Translations under genes and position numbers: made by a program
Notes under the pieces: model-generated
What the model was told of the DNA's origin: nothing
Databases searched by the model: none
Seen by the model: only the letters and a program-made list of their open reading frames with translations
Origin: an uncultured Spirochaetota bacterium
GTDB lineage: Bacteria; Spirochaetota; Spirochaetia; SZUA-6; Fen-1364
Direction: 5' to 3'
DNA length: 64,000 nt
Assembly: GCA_963820525.1 (NCBI GenBank)
Contig: CAWGAA010000003.1
Coordinates: 832,001 to 896,000 of the forward strand
Shown here: in pieces, positions 21,927-32,366 of the stretch
How positions within the stretch are numbered: position 1 is the first letter of the stretch
How the letters are laid out: each line of letters opens with the position of its first letter

Positions 21927-23604
21927 TAGATCCGGCGTGTGGAAGCGGCAGCTTTTTGATCAGCGCTTACGATTATCTGCTTGGCTGGCACCTTGACTTA
22001 TACTCAAGAGAAGAGAACGTTAAGAAGGCACTAAAAGGCGGACGCATTTATCAATTAAAAGGAGGAGGCTACCGTCTCACAATAGAAGAGAAGCAGCGCA
22101 TTCTCCTGAACAACATATTCGGTGTGGACATAGATCAGCAAGCTGTAGAAGTCACCCGACTCTCTCTCCTGATTAGGCTAATGGAGGGCGAGAACCGCCA
22201 GAGTTCAGGCGAGCTCTTCAAACACAGTGACTTCAAGCTACTTCCGAATTTGAACGAGAACATCAAGTGCGGTAACAGTCTGATAGGAACTGATTTCTAT
22301 GCGGCCCAAAAGCAGGATCTCTTCGCGATGGACGACATGCGTCGAATTAATGCGTTTGACTGGAAGACCGAATTCCCTGCCGTGATGGATCGCGGCGGCT
22401 TTGACTGCGTCATAGGCAATCCTCCATATACCTACCTCATTCAAGAGGCCGAGCAAAAGTACTTTGTAGCGAAGTACAGGTTCCAAGACTACCAGAAGGA
22501 CCTATACCTACTGTTTCTTGAACGGTATCAGTTCTTGCTCAAGGCTGGCGGTCTACTTGGAGTAATAGTTTCCAATACTTGGATGCCTTCGCTCACGTAT
22601 TCGAGCATTCGCAGCTACCTGGTAACCAACTACATCTGGAAGAGGGTACTCCATCTGCCGGAAAAGGTGTTCGAAGCCGTTGTCGATACTCACGTGCTCG
22701 TGTTTGAAAAGGGAACTCCTCCCAAGAACCGAAATGTAGAATTTGTCGTTGACGAAATGCGACGAGAGAAGATCTCGCGGCTTCACATCCTGAACATGTC
22801 CGATCTGCCGTTGGATGGGGAACCAATAAACATCCAATCGAGTCCAAGGGAGATGGCGCTTTTCAAGAGGATCGAGAGGTCCTGCTCGCCTCTGTCAGAT
22901 CATTTTTCCGTTTTCAACGGCGTTAAGCCGTTCGAGAAGGGCAAGGGAAAACCACCACAAACCGAAAAGATTTGCCAGGAGAAGCCCTTCGTAGTCGAAG
23001 GCAAGAGGCCGGACGCGACTTGGTCCCCGTTGCTTCGCGGTGGCCTAATTGGACGGTATGTCAATCTCTGGAACAAGGACTATTGGATTCTTTACGGGGA
23101 CTGGCTTGCCGCCCCACGTGATCCGAAGATCTTCGACGAGCCGGAGAAGATCGCAATAAGACAAACGGGAGATTCGCTAATCGCAACGTTGATTGGTCGA
23201 GGATATGTCATGAGAAACAACATGCATATAATTCTTCCGAAGACAGGAAAGCTTGATCTAAGATATCTCCTGGGGCTGCTAAATTCTCGGCTGTTCGACT
23301 TCATATACACAACCATGAATCCCGAGAAAGGTGAAGCACTGGCGGAGGTGAAAAAGCAGCACGTCGAAAGGCTACCCATCCACATAGTTAGGCAAGATAG
23401 CGCTTCCGAGGTGTCTTTGGCAGATAAGCTGATCGCTCTCGTTGACAATATCTTGCAGGCCCGAAAGGAAGCAATTATACACGCAAAGACCGAGCATGAC
23501 AAGAAACTTGTTGATTCTCGTGTTGCCGAAATGCAGAAGGAGATCGACGAGATTGTATTCGCACTCTATGGCATGAATCGAGACGACCTTGAAATCCTGG
23601 GCAT

Positions 23605-23718
23605 GCATAACAAATCGTTGCAGTAGTCGCCTTTAGAGCCGTCTGGATCGGAAGTTGCAGTTCGGAATACAAGATGAGGCGGGTTGATGTGGCGGCGCTA
23701 CTGAACTCTATGTTATGC
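23605..23718 (+). repeat. attC (B-type)
   Basis: GCATAAC-aaatc-gttgcag...ctgaactctat-GTTATGC. Confidence 0.85.
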
Positions 23719-23780
23719 TTCTTTTTGCTAAATGATCATGCATGTTGCAAAGCGCGGCAATATGATGGTAGCCTCCTAAA

Positions 23781-24962
23781 GTGATTCGAAGTAAACAAAA
23801 CCAACGCCCTTGGTATATAAACCAAGCCTATTGGCATGATCTTGCTACGAGATATATTGTGTCTGTTCAAAAAGTGAAAATGGGATCGCCTTATGCGGCA
23901 GAAATTGACGCTTTTCGCGAATTCAACATTGCTAAAGTCATCTTCGAAAGCAATCTCATTGAAGGGGCTGGACGTCCACTTGGTGAGACAAGGAAATTGA
24001 TTCTAGAATACTTTCCTCGATTCCCTTCAACTTTCACAGAATTCTATGGAACTGATGAGCGCGTGGATCTTCCACGGCTTCTCCTCAAGAATGGGCCATT
24101 TGCACAGATAAATGAGGAATTGCGCTCCTTGGGGTACGATCCAGCGCGCTTCACCCCAAGCATCAGCATGGCTGGGAGTTCAAGATCTGTAAAAGAGGTT
24201 GTTCAGCATCATAGCGCAATTCTCTATGCAATGTTTCATTCAATAGATTATCTCATCCATAGGACAATGTATGATTGGGCTCAGAGTCTTAAGACCGACA
24301 AACTTGATAAAAAATTGCAAAAAGAACTGGAAGAAGCAATCCTTAAGGAATACCCCCACGCAAGCACTCTAGAAGATATTCAAAGCCCAAAATTATTCGC
24401 CGAAAAAACAGTCAGCGAGTTGCATAAAACAATTGCTGAAGGAATTCTTCCAAACGATGCTAAGGTGGAAGCTGGAGAGTATAGAATTGATAACAGAATC
24501 GTCGGCTGGGACATAGTTTTCCCTTCACCAGAACTAATCTCCTTGATGATGCCGAAATTTGTGGATCGCGCAAATGACATTGTTCAGGGCATCCCTGTGA
24601 GAAAGCTGAACTTATTCGAGGCTGCAGCACGCATTTCGCATGATTTTGTTACAATTCATCCTTTTCCAGATTTCAATGGCAGGATCTCCAGAATTCTGAT
24701 GAACATGGTTTTACTCGCACATAATTGTCCATTTCCAGTAGCTCTTAAAGGCGGAAGCAAAGCCAAAGGCAAGTACTTTACCTCATTGAAGCGTGCGAAT
24801 AATGGCAATTTCATAGCACTATCCTCGCTTATCGCAATGCGGGTTACGGAGACATTCGAAGAACTCGACACGCATCTTAAGCGTGCTGGCCTTAGGAGCC
24901 TACTCACTTTGTCAAACCGGACACAGCGGAGCAACATTAGAAAATCAAACCCGAGAGATTAG
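23781..24962 (+). CDS. Fic-domain protein
   Basis: HPFPDFNGRISR motif. Confidence 0.9.
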   Translation: MIRSKQNQRPWYINQAYWHDLATRYIVSVQKVKMGSPYAAEIDAFREFNIAKVIFESNLIEGAGRPLGETRKLILEYFPRFPSTFTEFYGTDERVDLPRLLLKNGPFAQINEELRSLGYDPARFTPSISMAGSSRSVKEVVQHHSAILYAMFHSIDYLIHRTMYDWAQSLKTDKLDKKLQKELEEAILKEYPHASTLEDIQSPKLFAEKTVSELHKTIAEGILPNDAKVEAGEYRIDNRIVGWDIVFPSPELISLMMPKFVDRANDIVQGIPVRKLNLFEAAARISHDFVTIHPFPDFNGRISRILMNMVLLAHNCPFPVALKGGSKAKGKYFTSLKRANNGNFIALSSLIAMRVTETFEELDTHLKRAGLRSLLTLSNRTQRSNIRKSNPRD

Positions 24963-24976
24963 GCAGAAGTACAGAA

Positions 24977-25093
24977 TCATAACAAGTTATGGGAGCTGTC
25001 TCCTTGAGTTCCGGTTGTTTTTATTTTGCATTGTTTGCTGTGTTTATAGAGGTCTGATTCGGCGGCGCAGCTCCACTCTATCATATGTTGAAG
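24977..25093 (+). repeat. attC (B-type, imperfect right end)
   Basis: TCATAAC...gggagctg/cagctcc...ctctatcatat-GTTGAAG. Confidence 0.6.
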
Positions 25094-25135
25094 AGATCTG
25101 GATAGAAATACATTATTATAATCTGGCGCAACGGC

Positions 25136-25205
25136 CTATAACCGCCCGTAATGTGCTTCGGTGCCCGCAAGAGCACCGAAGCACATTACGGGCAGCACGT
25201 TATAC
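25136..25205 (+). repeat. attC site (short, 70 bp)
   Basis: CTATAAC-c-gcccgtaatgtgcttcggtgc...gcaccgaagcacattacgggc...GTTATAC. Confidence 0.92.
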
Positions 25206-25283
25206 GACATTTTTTGTTGCAAGGTTCTTTTCCATGTTTATACTGTTTAGTAATCGCCCTGCATTTATCGGAGGTTAATCTTT

Positions 25284-26036
25284 ATGGACCAACTAGTTTA
25301 TGATTATTTCACACCTGAAGTCATATCCAAGCTCAAAACCTATGTTTATAGGTTGATTGATCCTCGAAATGGTGAAACTTTCTACATTGGCAAAGGAAAA
25401 GGAAACCGTATCTTCTCTCATATTAGTGCAGAAAAGAAGATAGAAGGAGACGATTATAGCAATAAAATCAAGCGTATACGTGAAATACGTTTAGCTGGAT
25501 TTGAAGTGGCTCATGTTATTCATAGGCATGGAATGGATGATTCTACCGCTTTTGAAGTTGAATCAGCTCTTATTGATGCATATCCCGGGCTTACAAACAT
25601 TGTAGACGGCAGTGGCGGGAATGAATTTGGAGCAATGCATGCTAAAGAAATAATCAAGCGCTATTCTGCAGAACCAGCAATTTTCAAACATAAAGCATTA
25701 CTTATAACTATCAATAGAACCGCAACCGAACAGTCAATATATAACGCAACTCGATTTGCCTGGAAAATAAGCAAATCAAAGGTTAAGGATGTGGAAATAG
25801 TGTTATCAACTGTTCAGGGTTTATTTGTGGGAGCCTTTATCCCATTAAAATGGCTTGATGCCACTGCGGAAAACTTTCCTGATCGCGCACAAGGTGAGGA
25901 CCGACCTGGTAGAATTGGATTTATAGGCAAGGAAGCTCCAGATGATATAAAACGTATGTATGTGGGTAAACGTATACCAGATGGATTTAGACCGCGGGGA
26001 GCCGCCAATCCCATAATGTATACATGGTCCCGATAA
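25284..26036 (+). CDS. LEM-3-like GIY-YIG nuclease domain protein
   Basis: YVYRLIDPRNGETFYIGKG...R...H; ESALID...LTN. Confidence 0.85.
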   Translation: MDQLVYDYFTPEVISKLKTYVYRLIDPRNGETFYIGKGKGNRIFSHISAEKKIEGDDYSNKIKRIREIRLAGFEVAHVIHRHGMDDSTAFEVESALIDAYPGLTNIVDGSGGNEFGAMHAKEIIKRYSAEPAIFKHKALLITINRTATEQSIYNATRFAWKISKSKVKDVEIVLSTVQGLFVGAFIPLKWLDATAENFPDRAQGEDRPGRIGFIGKEAPDDIKRMYVGKRIPDGFRPRGAANPIMYTWSR

Positions 26037-26088
26037 TTTGCTAATCATACTACCGGAAGTCGGCTCATGACGGGTAACAAAAAACGCC

Positions 26089-26222
26089 GTATAACAGCGC
26101 GTAATGTGCATCGCCGCCCTACGGGCGGCTCGGGCTCCGCGGCGCTGCAGCGCGCCGCTCCGCCACATGGCCCTCGCCCTTGTTGGGCTCGGGCCACGTC
26201 ACATACGCGCGGCTCGTTGAAC
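26089..26222 (+). repeat. attC site (A-type)
   Basis: GTATAAC...GTTGAAC. Confidence 0.9.
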
Positions 26223-27721
26223 AAAATCGCTCCGCGATGGTTTTCATCGAGCCCTAGTCTCCATTCGCCGCCCTGAAAGCAAGACAGATGTTTCCCGCTT
26301 GTTATACAGCATGAGCTGTATTGAAGCGGCAACGGTTTTTCCAAGACCCAAATTCGAAGTCGCCGATGTTTTCAGACAAAGCACTCAGTTGCTAAAAGGC
26401 ATCAGTTATGATCAGTGGAAAGTCGTAAACGCAATCATAAACTGCCGCGGTCCGAAATTGGGCGGCCATAAACTTGTTTGCCATGAATGCGGGTATGAAC
26501 AAATATCCTATAATTCATGCAGGAACCGGCATTGCCCCAAATGCCAGGCGAGCAAGCAGGCGCAATGGGTTTACGAGCGGACACAAGAGCTTCTACCCAT
26601 AAAATATTTCCATATCGTCTTCACCGTCCCGGCGGTATTGAATTCCCTTATTCTCCAGAATAAAAGAGTGCTCTACGACATTCTCTTTCACGCCGCAAAC
26701 GAGACTCTTCAAGAAGCCGCGGGAAACCCGAAGAATCTCGGCGCTAAGATCGGGTTTATCGCCATTCTCCACACCTGGAGCCAAAACCTACTTGACCATC
26801 CACATCTGCACTGCATTGTTACCGGAGGGGGATTGAGCCGGGATAAATCCGCATGGATTGAAAGCAGGAACAACTTCTTTATCTCGATACACATTCTCAA
26901 TCGACTGTTCAGAGGTAAATACCTGCATTATTTGAAACAGGCATATGCAGCAAAAGAGTTGAGTTTCTTTGGTAAGTTACGCAAGACAGCAGAGACAGCC
27001 GGGTTTGCAAAGGTGTTGGATGAATGTTATGCGAAAAAATGGATCGTCTACGCCAAAAAGCCGTTTTCCAATCCGTTACGTGTACTGAAATATATAGGGC
27101 GCTATACGCATCGGGTAGCGATCAGCAACAAACGGATTTTGAATTTCACCGGCGGAAACGTGAGCTTTATCTGGAAGGACTACAGGGATAGAAACCGAAA
27201 AAAGGTAATGACACTTGCCGCCTCCGAGTTCATGAGAAGATTTCTCCTGCATGTGCTGCCGGAAGGATTCAAGCGTATACGATTTTACGGCCTCTTGAGC
27301 AACGGGCACAAAAATGAAAATCTGAAATACATCCGTCGTTTGTTATGCATCGATCTAGAATCCCAACAACAATCGTTTGAATCTTTCTCGGAAGCACCTG
27401 AGATCATTGAAAAACGATGCCCGCGCTGCAATAGTGCTAATATACAAATCATTGAACTTCCACCGGAAGAGGCATCTGAAAGTTATTGGAACAGCGCGTA
27501 ATAAAACCCATAGCGCGGGCGGAGCGACTTCGTTCAACATAGGGTTTACGCTCCGCTCCCTTTGGTCGCTCCGGGCTCCACCACATGCCCCTCTGGCACA
27601 GGGGTTGCAGGTCAAATCTTCTTACGGTCCTCAAAGATGTGTGGTACACTCCTGTCTATGCTTTGCGGGGGCAACCCCTGTGCCAGCCCTTCGGGACGGG
27701 GCATGTCGTAAACCCTTTACG
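26217..27721 (+). mobile_element. IS91-transposase gene cassette, copy 3
   Basis: Repeat of 3546-5050 at offset 22,671. Confidence 0.88.
26299..27501 (+). CDS. IS91-family transposase
   Basis: Translation identical to copies 1 and 2. Confidence 0.93.
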   Translation: MLYSMSCIEAATVFPRPKFEVADVFRQSTQLLKGISYDQWKVVNAIINCRGPKLGGHKLVCHECGYEQISYNSCRNRHCPKCQASKQAQWVYERTQELLPIKYFHIVFTVPAVLNSLILQNKRVLYDILFHAANETLQEAAGNPKNLGAKIGFIAILHTWSQNLLDHPHLHCIVTGGGLSRDKSAWIESRNNFFISIHILNRLFRGKYLHYLKQAYAAKELSFFGKLRKTAETAGFAKVLDECYAKKWIVYAKKPFSNPLRVLKYIGRYTHRVAISNKRILNFTGGNVSFIWKDYRDRNRKKVMTLAASEFMRRFLLHVLPEGFKRIRFYGLLSNGHKNENLKYIRRLLCIDLESQQQSFESFSEAPEIIEKRCPRCNSANIQIIELPPEEASESYWNSA

Positions 27722-27727
27722 TTATGG
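27532..27727 (+). repeat. attC site of IS91 cassette 3
   Basis: Matches 4861-5050, followed by GTTATGG. Confidence 0.85.
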
Positions 27728-27731
27728 GACA

Positions 27732-27772
27732 TTGCGTCTTTGAGCATGTACAGTATAATCGTAATGTTAGGC
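27732..27772 (+). promoter_or_regulatory. Cassette-internal promoter + attI-like site
   Basis: TTGCGT-N16-TATAAT-cgtaat-GTTAGGC; GTTAGGCCCTG pairs perfectly with CAGGGCCTAAC at 28695-28705. Confidence 0.7.
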
Positions 27773-27813
27773 CCTGACCGAATTTATTCACACCCGTAAG
27801 GAGATTTCTCACA

Positions 27814-28560
27814 ATGGACATCCCACGTATATTCAACATCACTGAAAGTGCTCACCGCATCCACAACCCGATCACACCCGAAAAGCTTGCCACTCTCGGC
27901 GCTGCGCTGCGTCTGGAATCGGGGGCCCGAGTGCTCGACCTCGGCAGCGGTTCGGGGGAGATGCTATGCACCTGGGCACGCGATCACGGCGTCATCGGCA
28001 CCGGCATCGACATGAGCCAGTTGTTCACCGAGCAAGCGAGACTCCGTGCTGAAGAACTCGGCGTCGCCGATCAAGTCAAGTTCATCCATGGCGATGCTGC
28101 CGGCTATGTCTCTGACGAGAAGGCCAGTGTGGCAGCCTGTGTCGGTGCCACTTGGATCGCCGGTGGAGTCGTCGGCACTATCGAGCTTCTGGCGCGGAGC
28201 CTGCGCACCGGAGGGATCATCCTCATCGGCGAGCCCTACTGGCGGCAAACACCGCCGACGGAAGATGTTGCCAAGGGGTGTCTTGCCAACTCAATCTCCG
28301 ACTTTCTCATGCTTCCAGAACTTCTCGCGTCTTTCGGCCACCTTGGCTACGACGTCGTTGAAATGGTTCTGGCTGACCAAGACGGCTGGGACAGATACGA
28401 GGCGGCCAAATGGCTCACCATGCGCCGATGGCTTGAAGCCAATTCCGGCGACGAGTTCGCGAAAGATGTTCGAGCCAAACTGACCTCGGAACCCGAGCGC
28501 TACGCCGCTTACACGCGTGAATACCTGGGCTGGGGTGTGTTCGCGCTGATGCTGCGCTGA
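27814..28560 (+). CDS. Class I SAM-dependent methyltransferase, YjhP-like
   Basis: MDIPRIF..ES.HRIHNP; VLDLGSGSGEMLCTWARDHG. Confidence 0.88.
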   Translation: MDIPRIFNITESAHRIHNPITPEKLATLGAALRLESGARVLDLGSGSGEMLCTWARDHGVIGTGIDMSQLFTEQARLRAEELGVADQVKFIHGDAAGYVSDEKASVAACVGATWIAGGVVGTIELLARSLRTGGIILIGEPYWRQTPPTEDVAKGCLANSISDFLMLPELLASFGHLGYDVVEMVLADQDGWDRYEAAKWLTMRRWLEANSGDEFAKDVRAKLTSEPERYAAYTREYLGWGVFALMLR

Positions 28561-28698
28561 TGCGTTGGCGCATCCGGCGGATCGTCAACGGCTGTGCCGC
28601 GCAACAGCTGGTGGCTCGCCGAGATGTGATTGCGCCTGAATTCATTTCTTATGGTCTAGTCATCCGTGCAATCAACAGAAAGCTCTGTCTCAAGCAGG

Positions 28699-28817
28699 GC
28701 CTAACGAATCGTTGCAGCTCTCCGCCGGAGCGCTGCTCGTGCAGTGTGGGCTTCAGCCGGGTAATGCGGTCAGAACGTGGTTTCATGTCGGGGCGTGAGC
28801 TGAACTCTATGTTACCT
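28699..28817 (+). repeat. attC (B-type)
   Basis: GCCTAAC-gaatc-gttgcagctc...gagctgaactctat-GTTACCT. Confidence 0.85.
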
Positions 28818-28868
28818 AGCGATACTCATGCTAATGGGGTGACATTCAAAGACGCAGCGTCCCATAAC

Positions 28869-30585
28869 GAGTCTGTAGGAAAATATAGCCCAAAAGACAA
28901 CAGTTCTCCTTCAAACTCGATTCAAAAACGATTTATGAATGATCAGAAACCAAAAACCACTCTATCGATATAGATCATCGGACAATCGGTGTCCATTTTC
29001 TTTTCCATCATGCATTCACTCCAGACATCGCCTTTGAAATCTTTCCTATATTATGAACCATGCAATATAATAGCCATTGAATATTCACTTTCGCTTTCGT
29101 TCTCAGAGTGAATCTGTTCAGTCTCTTATGGAATGTGATATTCGCAAACACTGGTTCGATGATTGCCATCCGTCTTGAATATAAATCCCTGACCTCCGGC
29201 CGGTCGATCTTCTGGATCATTTGTGCCGAATAATTGGTGGAATTATCCTTGTCATCTATAAAGAGTGTCCGCTTGCCGCTGCTATTCTTTTTGCGATGAA
29301 AGCATTTATTTGTAAACCGACACCCCTTACAGTCGGACGCTTTGGATTGATAACGATGCCCCGAAGATCCATGAAGTATTGCATGTCCTATATGTTTCAG
29401 TGTTTTCCCGTTGGGACATGTATACGTGTTTGTTTTCTCATCATATGTGAAATTTTGAAATCCAAACTTATACTCGATACCCGAATGATCTTTCCTGTCC
29501 ACGAAGCGCTCGTCTCGTTTTCGAAAGTTGTAGTCCGGGATGATCGCCTCGATTTTCTTATCCGCGGCTGTTTTTAGGTTTTCTTCACAGAAGTAATTCG
29601 TGTCCGCAAGTACGGTCTTTCCTGAAAGAGGTTCTTCCTTGTCGGTGATGGCTTTCAGATTCTCTTCCGCCATTTCAAGAACGGGCTTGAATGTCCCATG
29701 TTCTTGCCCTTTCCCATAGGCTTCGGTGGCTATAATGACCTGGTTTTGTTCATCCGCGAGGGCGATCCCGTTATACCCCTGGATCATTCCGTGAGAAGTC
29801 TTGATCTTTGCGCTATCGTTATCCGTGATATTCGACTGTATTTCCTTGCCACGGTTGCCCTGTTTCGGCGTTTCTGTTTTAAGGAAGTCCTCGATGCGCT
29901 TGATCTTTGAGTCGATCCTATCAATGGCTTTCTTCTTTGGCGAAACTTCGGATCCTGATGCGGTTTCAGCTCTGTCGGTTACAGTATGCTTTTGAATGAG
30001 CAGTTTTACCGTTCTTTCAAGTTTTTCTTTTCTCCTTTTGAGATCCCTGAAGGTGCCGCTCGATTCTTTGGACGCGTTGGACGGCAGCTTGCATCCGTCA
30101 ATCGCAAACAGCTTTCCGCCGATGAGCTCCATTTCCTGGCACACCATGAGGATTTTCAGAAATATGCCGGCGATTTCATCCTTCATCGATGAGATGAAAT
30201 CCGCTATGACCGTGAAATGCGGGATGGAGTTTGCCGAAAGCGCTTTGGCTATGATATTCGTCTCGCAAAGCTCCATGATCCGTCGTGATGAAAATATGCC
30301 TCTGGAGTAGGCGAAAAGAATGATTTTCAGTAAAACCCGAGGATCATATGCAGGAGCACCGGTAAGATCGTTCTTATACTTTGAATCGAGCGCTGATAAA
30401 TCTATTTTCTCGTTGATCAGGTGATTGAGCGTGTATTCGAAGGTATCCATAAGCAGTTGCTCGCTGAACTGGACGACAATAAACTCGCCTTGATCCTGAT
30501 TATGATCCTTATACCGCGCCATGAAGCTATTGTGCGCTGGATATCAAATAGCGTAAAGTAGGCGCGTGGCTTTTCCTACAGAATC
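28869..30585 (-). mobile_element. IS1182-family element 1
   Basis: IRs gagtctgtaggaaaa/ttttcctacagaatc; AAC duplicated. Confidence 0.88.
29008..30522 (-). CDS. IS1182-family transposase
   Basis: GAPAYDPRVLLK (DUF772), AIDGCK, LADTNY, CPNGK, IEPVFANI. Confidence 0.9.
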   Translation of the reverse strand: MARYKDHNQDQGEFIVVQFSEQLLMDTFEYTLNHLINEKIDLSALDSKYKNDLTGAPAYDPRVLLKIILFAYSRGIFSSRRIMELCETNIIAKALSANSIPHFTVIADFISSMKDEIAGIFLKILMVCQEMELIGGKLFAIDGCKLPSNASKESSGTFRDLKRRKEKLERTVKLLIQKHTVTDRAETASGSEVSPKKKAIDRIDSKIKRIEDFLKTETPKQGNRGKEIQSNITDNDSAKIKTSHGMIQGYNGIALADEQNQVIIATEAYGKGQEHGTFKPVLEMAEENLKAITDKEEPLSGKTVLADTNYFCEENLKTAADKKIEAIIPDYNFRKRDERFVDRKDHSGIEYKFGFQNFTYDEKTNTYTCPNGKTLKHIGHAILHGSSGHRYQSKASDCKGCRFTNKCFHRKKNSSGKRTLFIDDKDNSTNYSAQMIQKIDRPEVRDLYSRRMAIIEPVFANITFHKRLNRFTLRTKAKVNIQWLLYCMVHNIGKISKAMSGVNA

Positions 30586-30721
30586 AACAGCGGTTAATGC
30601 GCATCGCCGCCCTTCGGGCGGCTCGGGCTTCGGCGCGCTGCGCCGCGCGCCTCAGCCACATGGCCCTTCGGCCTTGTTGGCCTCAGGGCCACGTCTCATA
30701 ACCGCGGCACGTTATGCGCCA

Positions 30722-30761
30722 TTGCACCAGCTTAGATTTTCTGCATAATATGATGTTGGGC
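30722..30761 (+). promoter_or_regulatory. Cassette-internal promoter + attI-like site
   Basis: TTGCAC-N16-CATAAT; GCATAAT-ATGAT-GTTGGGC. Confidence 0.6.
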
Positions 30762-30856
30762 GCACTTCTAATTGTGATGTCACCGTCGCATGCCAGTGGC
30801 GGTTTTTAACGAATGATCGAGTGGCTAACCTCCGCGCGTAGGGGTATACTCAAGAC

Positions 30857-31459
30857 ATGCCAAATATCCTCGCAACGCTCTCAGTCTCTCACATCGTGCA
30901 GGCAATCATCGTAGGCGGCGTGCTGGCGTTTCTCACGGCAAATATCATTATGAACGCCGCGGTCAAGACCGTGACGACGACCGTCAATGGTTGGAGCACC
31001 ACCTTAAAATGCGGCCAACCCGGCAATGGCATCCTCCTGCGGGCCGCATGCGCTAAAATCCTGCCCGCCGTCAATGTGGCGCAAGAGGCCGCGTACTGGA
31101 CGACGACCATCGACAGTGCGGGGCAGACGCTGAACGGCAAGCACGATTACGTCCTGCGCTTTCCGGCAGGACAGCTCCCGCCGAACGATGCCTTTTGGTC
31201 GCTCACGATGACCGATGTTGTCGGTTACATGGTGAGTAACCCGATCGATCGCTACAGCGTCGGCGACCGATCCGGCCTCGTGCCGAACGCCGATGGCTCA
31301 ATCGACATTTATATCCAGAGCACGGCTCCGGCAGGCCATGAGGCCAGCTGGCTGCCTGCGCCGGCAGGCAACTTCAAACTGATGCTCCGCGCGTATCGGC
31401 CCGGCCGCGCTGTCCTCGACGGCGAGTACCACGTGCCGCCAGTCCTTAAGGTGCAATGA
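30857..31459 (+). CDS. DUF1214-domain protein
   Basis: L.G...Y.LRF..GQLPP..AFWSLT...NADGSIDIYI...WLPAP.G.F.LMLR.Y.P. Confidence 0.85.
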   Translation: MPNILATLSVSHIVQAIIVGGVLAFLTANIIMNAAVKTVTTTVNGWSTTLKCGQPGNGILLRAACAKILPAVNVAQEAAYWTTTIDSAGQTLNGKHDYVLRFPAGQLPPNDAFWSLTMTDVVGYMVSNPIDRYSVGDRSGLVPNADGSIDIYIQSTAPAGHEASWLPAPAGNFKLMLRAYRPGRAVLDGEYHVPPVLKVQ

Positions 31460-31460
31460 T

Positions 31461-32132
31461 ATGAACAGGTTTATTCTGAAACACAAATACCTCGTTACAT
31501 TCGTCATCCTGGCAATCCTTGCATGGTTCGTCTACAGGCAGTTCATTGTGGTGAGGAGCCCACTCTTTCCGTTCGCCGCAGTGGTAGCCATAGTATGGGG
31601 ACTCGGCACGTTCGTTTTCCTTTATTTTTGGCCGCCCATCACGTACAGTGCCTACAAAAGAGCGATCGTTCAGCATGGGTTCGGCGGCGGTCCAATCCCC
31701 GTCAATACGCTTTACGCCATGCCCCATCTCGCTTCGCCCTCGGCGTCAGGCTCCAGCCTATTAGCAACGGGGACCAACGACGTGCTCTACATCGGTGGCT
31801 GGCTCGACCTCTCCAAAGGGCCGCGAGTCCTGCACGTGCCGGACTTCTCCAGGCGTTACTACAGTGTGCAGTTCACCGATCCCTCGGACGGCGCCGACTT
31901 CGCCTATGTCGGCACGCGTACCACGGGTACGCAGGCGGGAGACTATCTCATTACGGGGCCAGGTTGGAAAGGACAGGTACCGAGCGGTATGACGCAGATA
32001 TCCTCTCCGAATAACGCGGTTCTCGTCATGGGGCGCGTGCGCGTCGAGAACGACAGCGACCTGTCGACTGCCTACGATCTTTCGAAGCAGGTACAGCTAA
32101 CACCGCTAAGCGGCTGGCAATCCAGCCAGTAG
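31461..32132 (+). CDS. DUF1254-domain protein
   Basis: NDVLY..GWLDLSKGP.VL.VPD...RYYSVQ...G.YLI.GP.W.G. Confidence 0.85.
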   Translation: MNRFILKHKYLVTFVILAILAWFVYRQFIVVRSPLFPFAAVVAIVWGLGTFVFLYFWPPITYSAYKRAIVQHGFGGGPIPVNTLYAMPHLASPSASGSSLLATGTNDVLYIGGWLDLSKGPRVLHVPDFSRRYYSVQFTDPSDGADFAYVGTRTTGTQAGDYLITGPGWKGQVPSGMTQISSPNNAVLVMGRVRVENDSDLSTAYDLSKQVQLTPLSGWQSSQ

Positions 32133-32160
32133 ATAGAATAAATGCCGTTGGTGCAACGGC

Positions 32161-32296
32161 GCATAACAGTCCGTAATGCGCATCGCCGCCCTGCGGGTAG
32201 CTCGGGCTTCGCGGCGCTGCAGCGCGCCGCTCCGCCACATGGCCCTCCGGCCTTGTTGGCCTCCGGGCCACGTCGCATACGGACGGCACGTTGTGT
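32161..32296 (+). repeat. attC site (A-type)
   Basis: GCATAAC...GTTGTGT. Confidence 0.9.
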
Positions 32297-32366
32297 GACA
32301 TTGCGCTTGTTTCCATATATAATCTTAAGCACTGTTACTCTCTGCTAAAGTTCAAAGGAGGATGTA

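Larger units (their letters stand above)
19582..23626 (+). pseudogene. Type IIG (Eco57I-like) restriction-modification fusion interrupted by IS630
   Basis: PDY...VEAKK nuclease motif, FYTP, rejoined VLDPACGSGSFL motif I, GNPPY, TaqI_C-like tail. Confidence 0.9.
28862..30717 (+). repeat. A-type attC split by IS1182
   Basis: CCATAAC | IS | AAC-agcggtta...taaccgc...GTTATGC. Confidence 0.85.

Noticed and set aside
32322..32340. Eighth attI-like site (GTT 44 bp into the cassette)
   Set aside because: L box and spacing are poor and no complementary inner R'' was found
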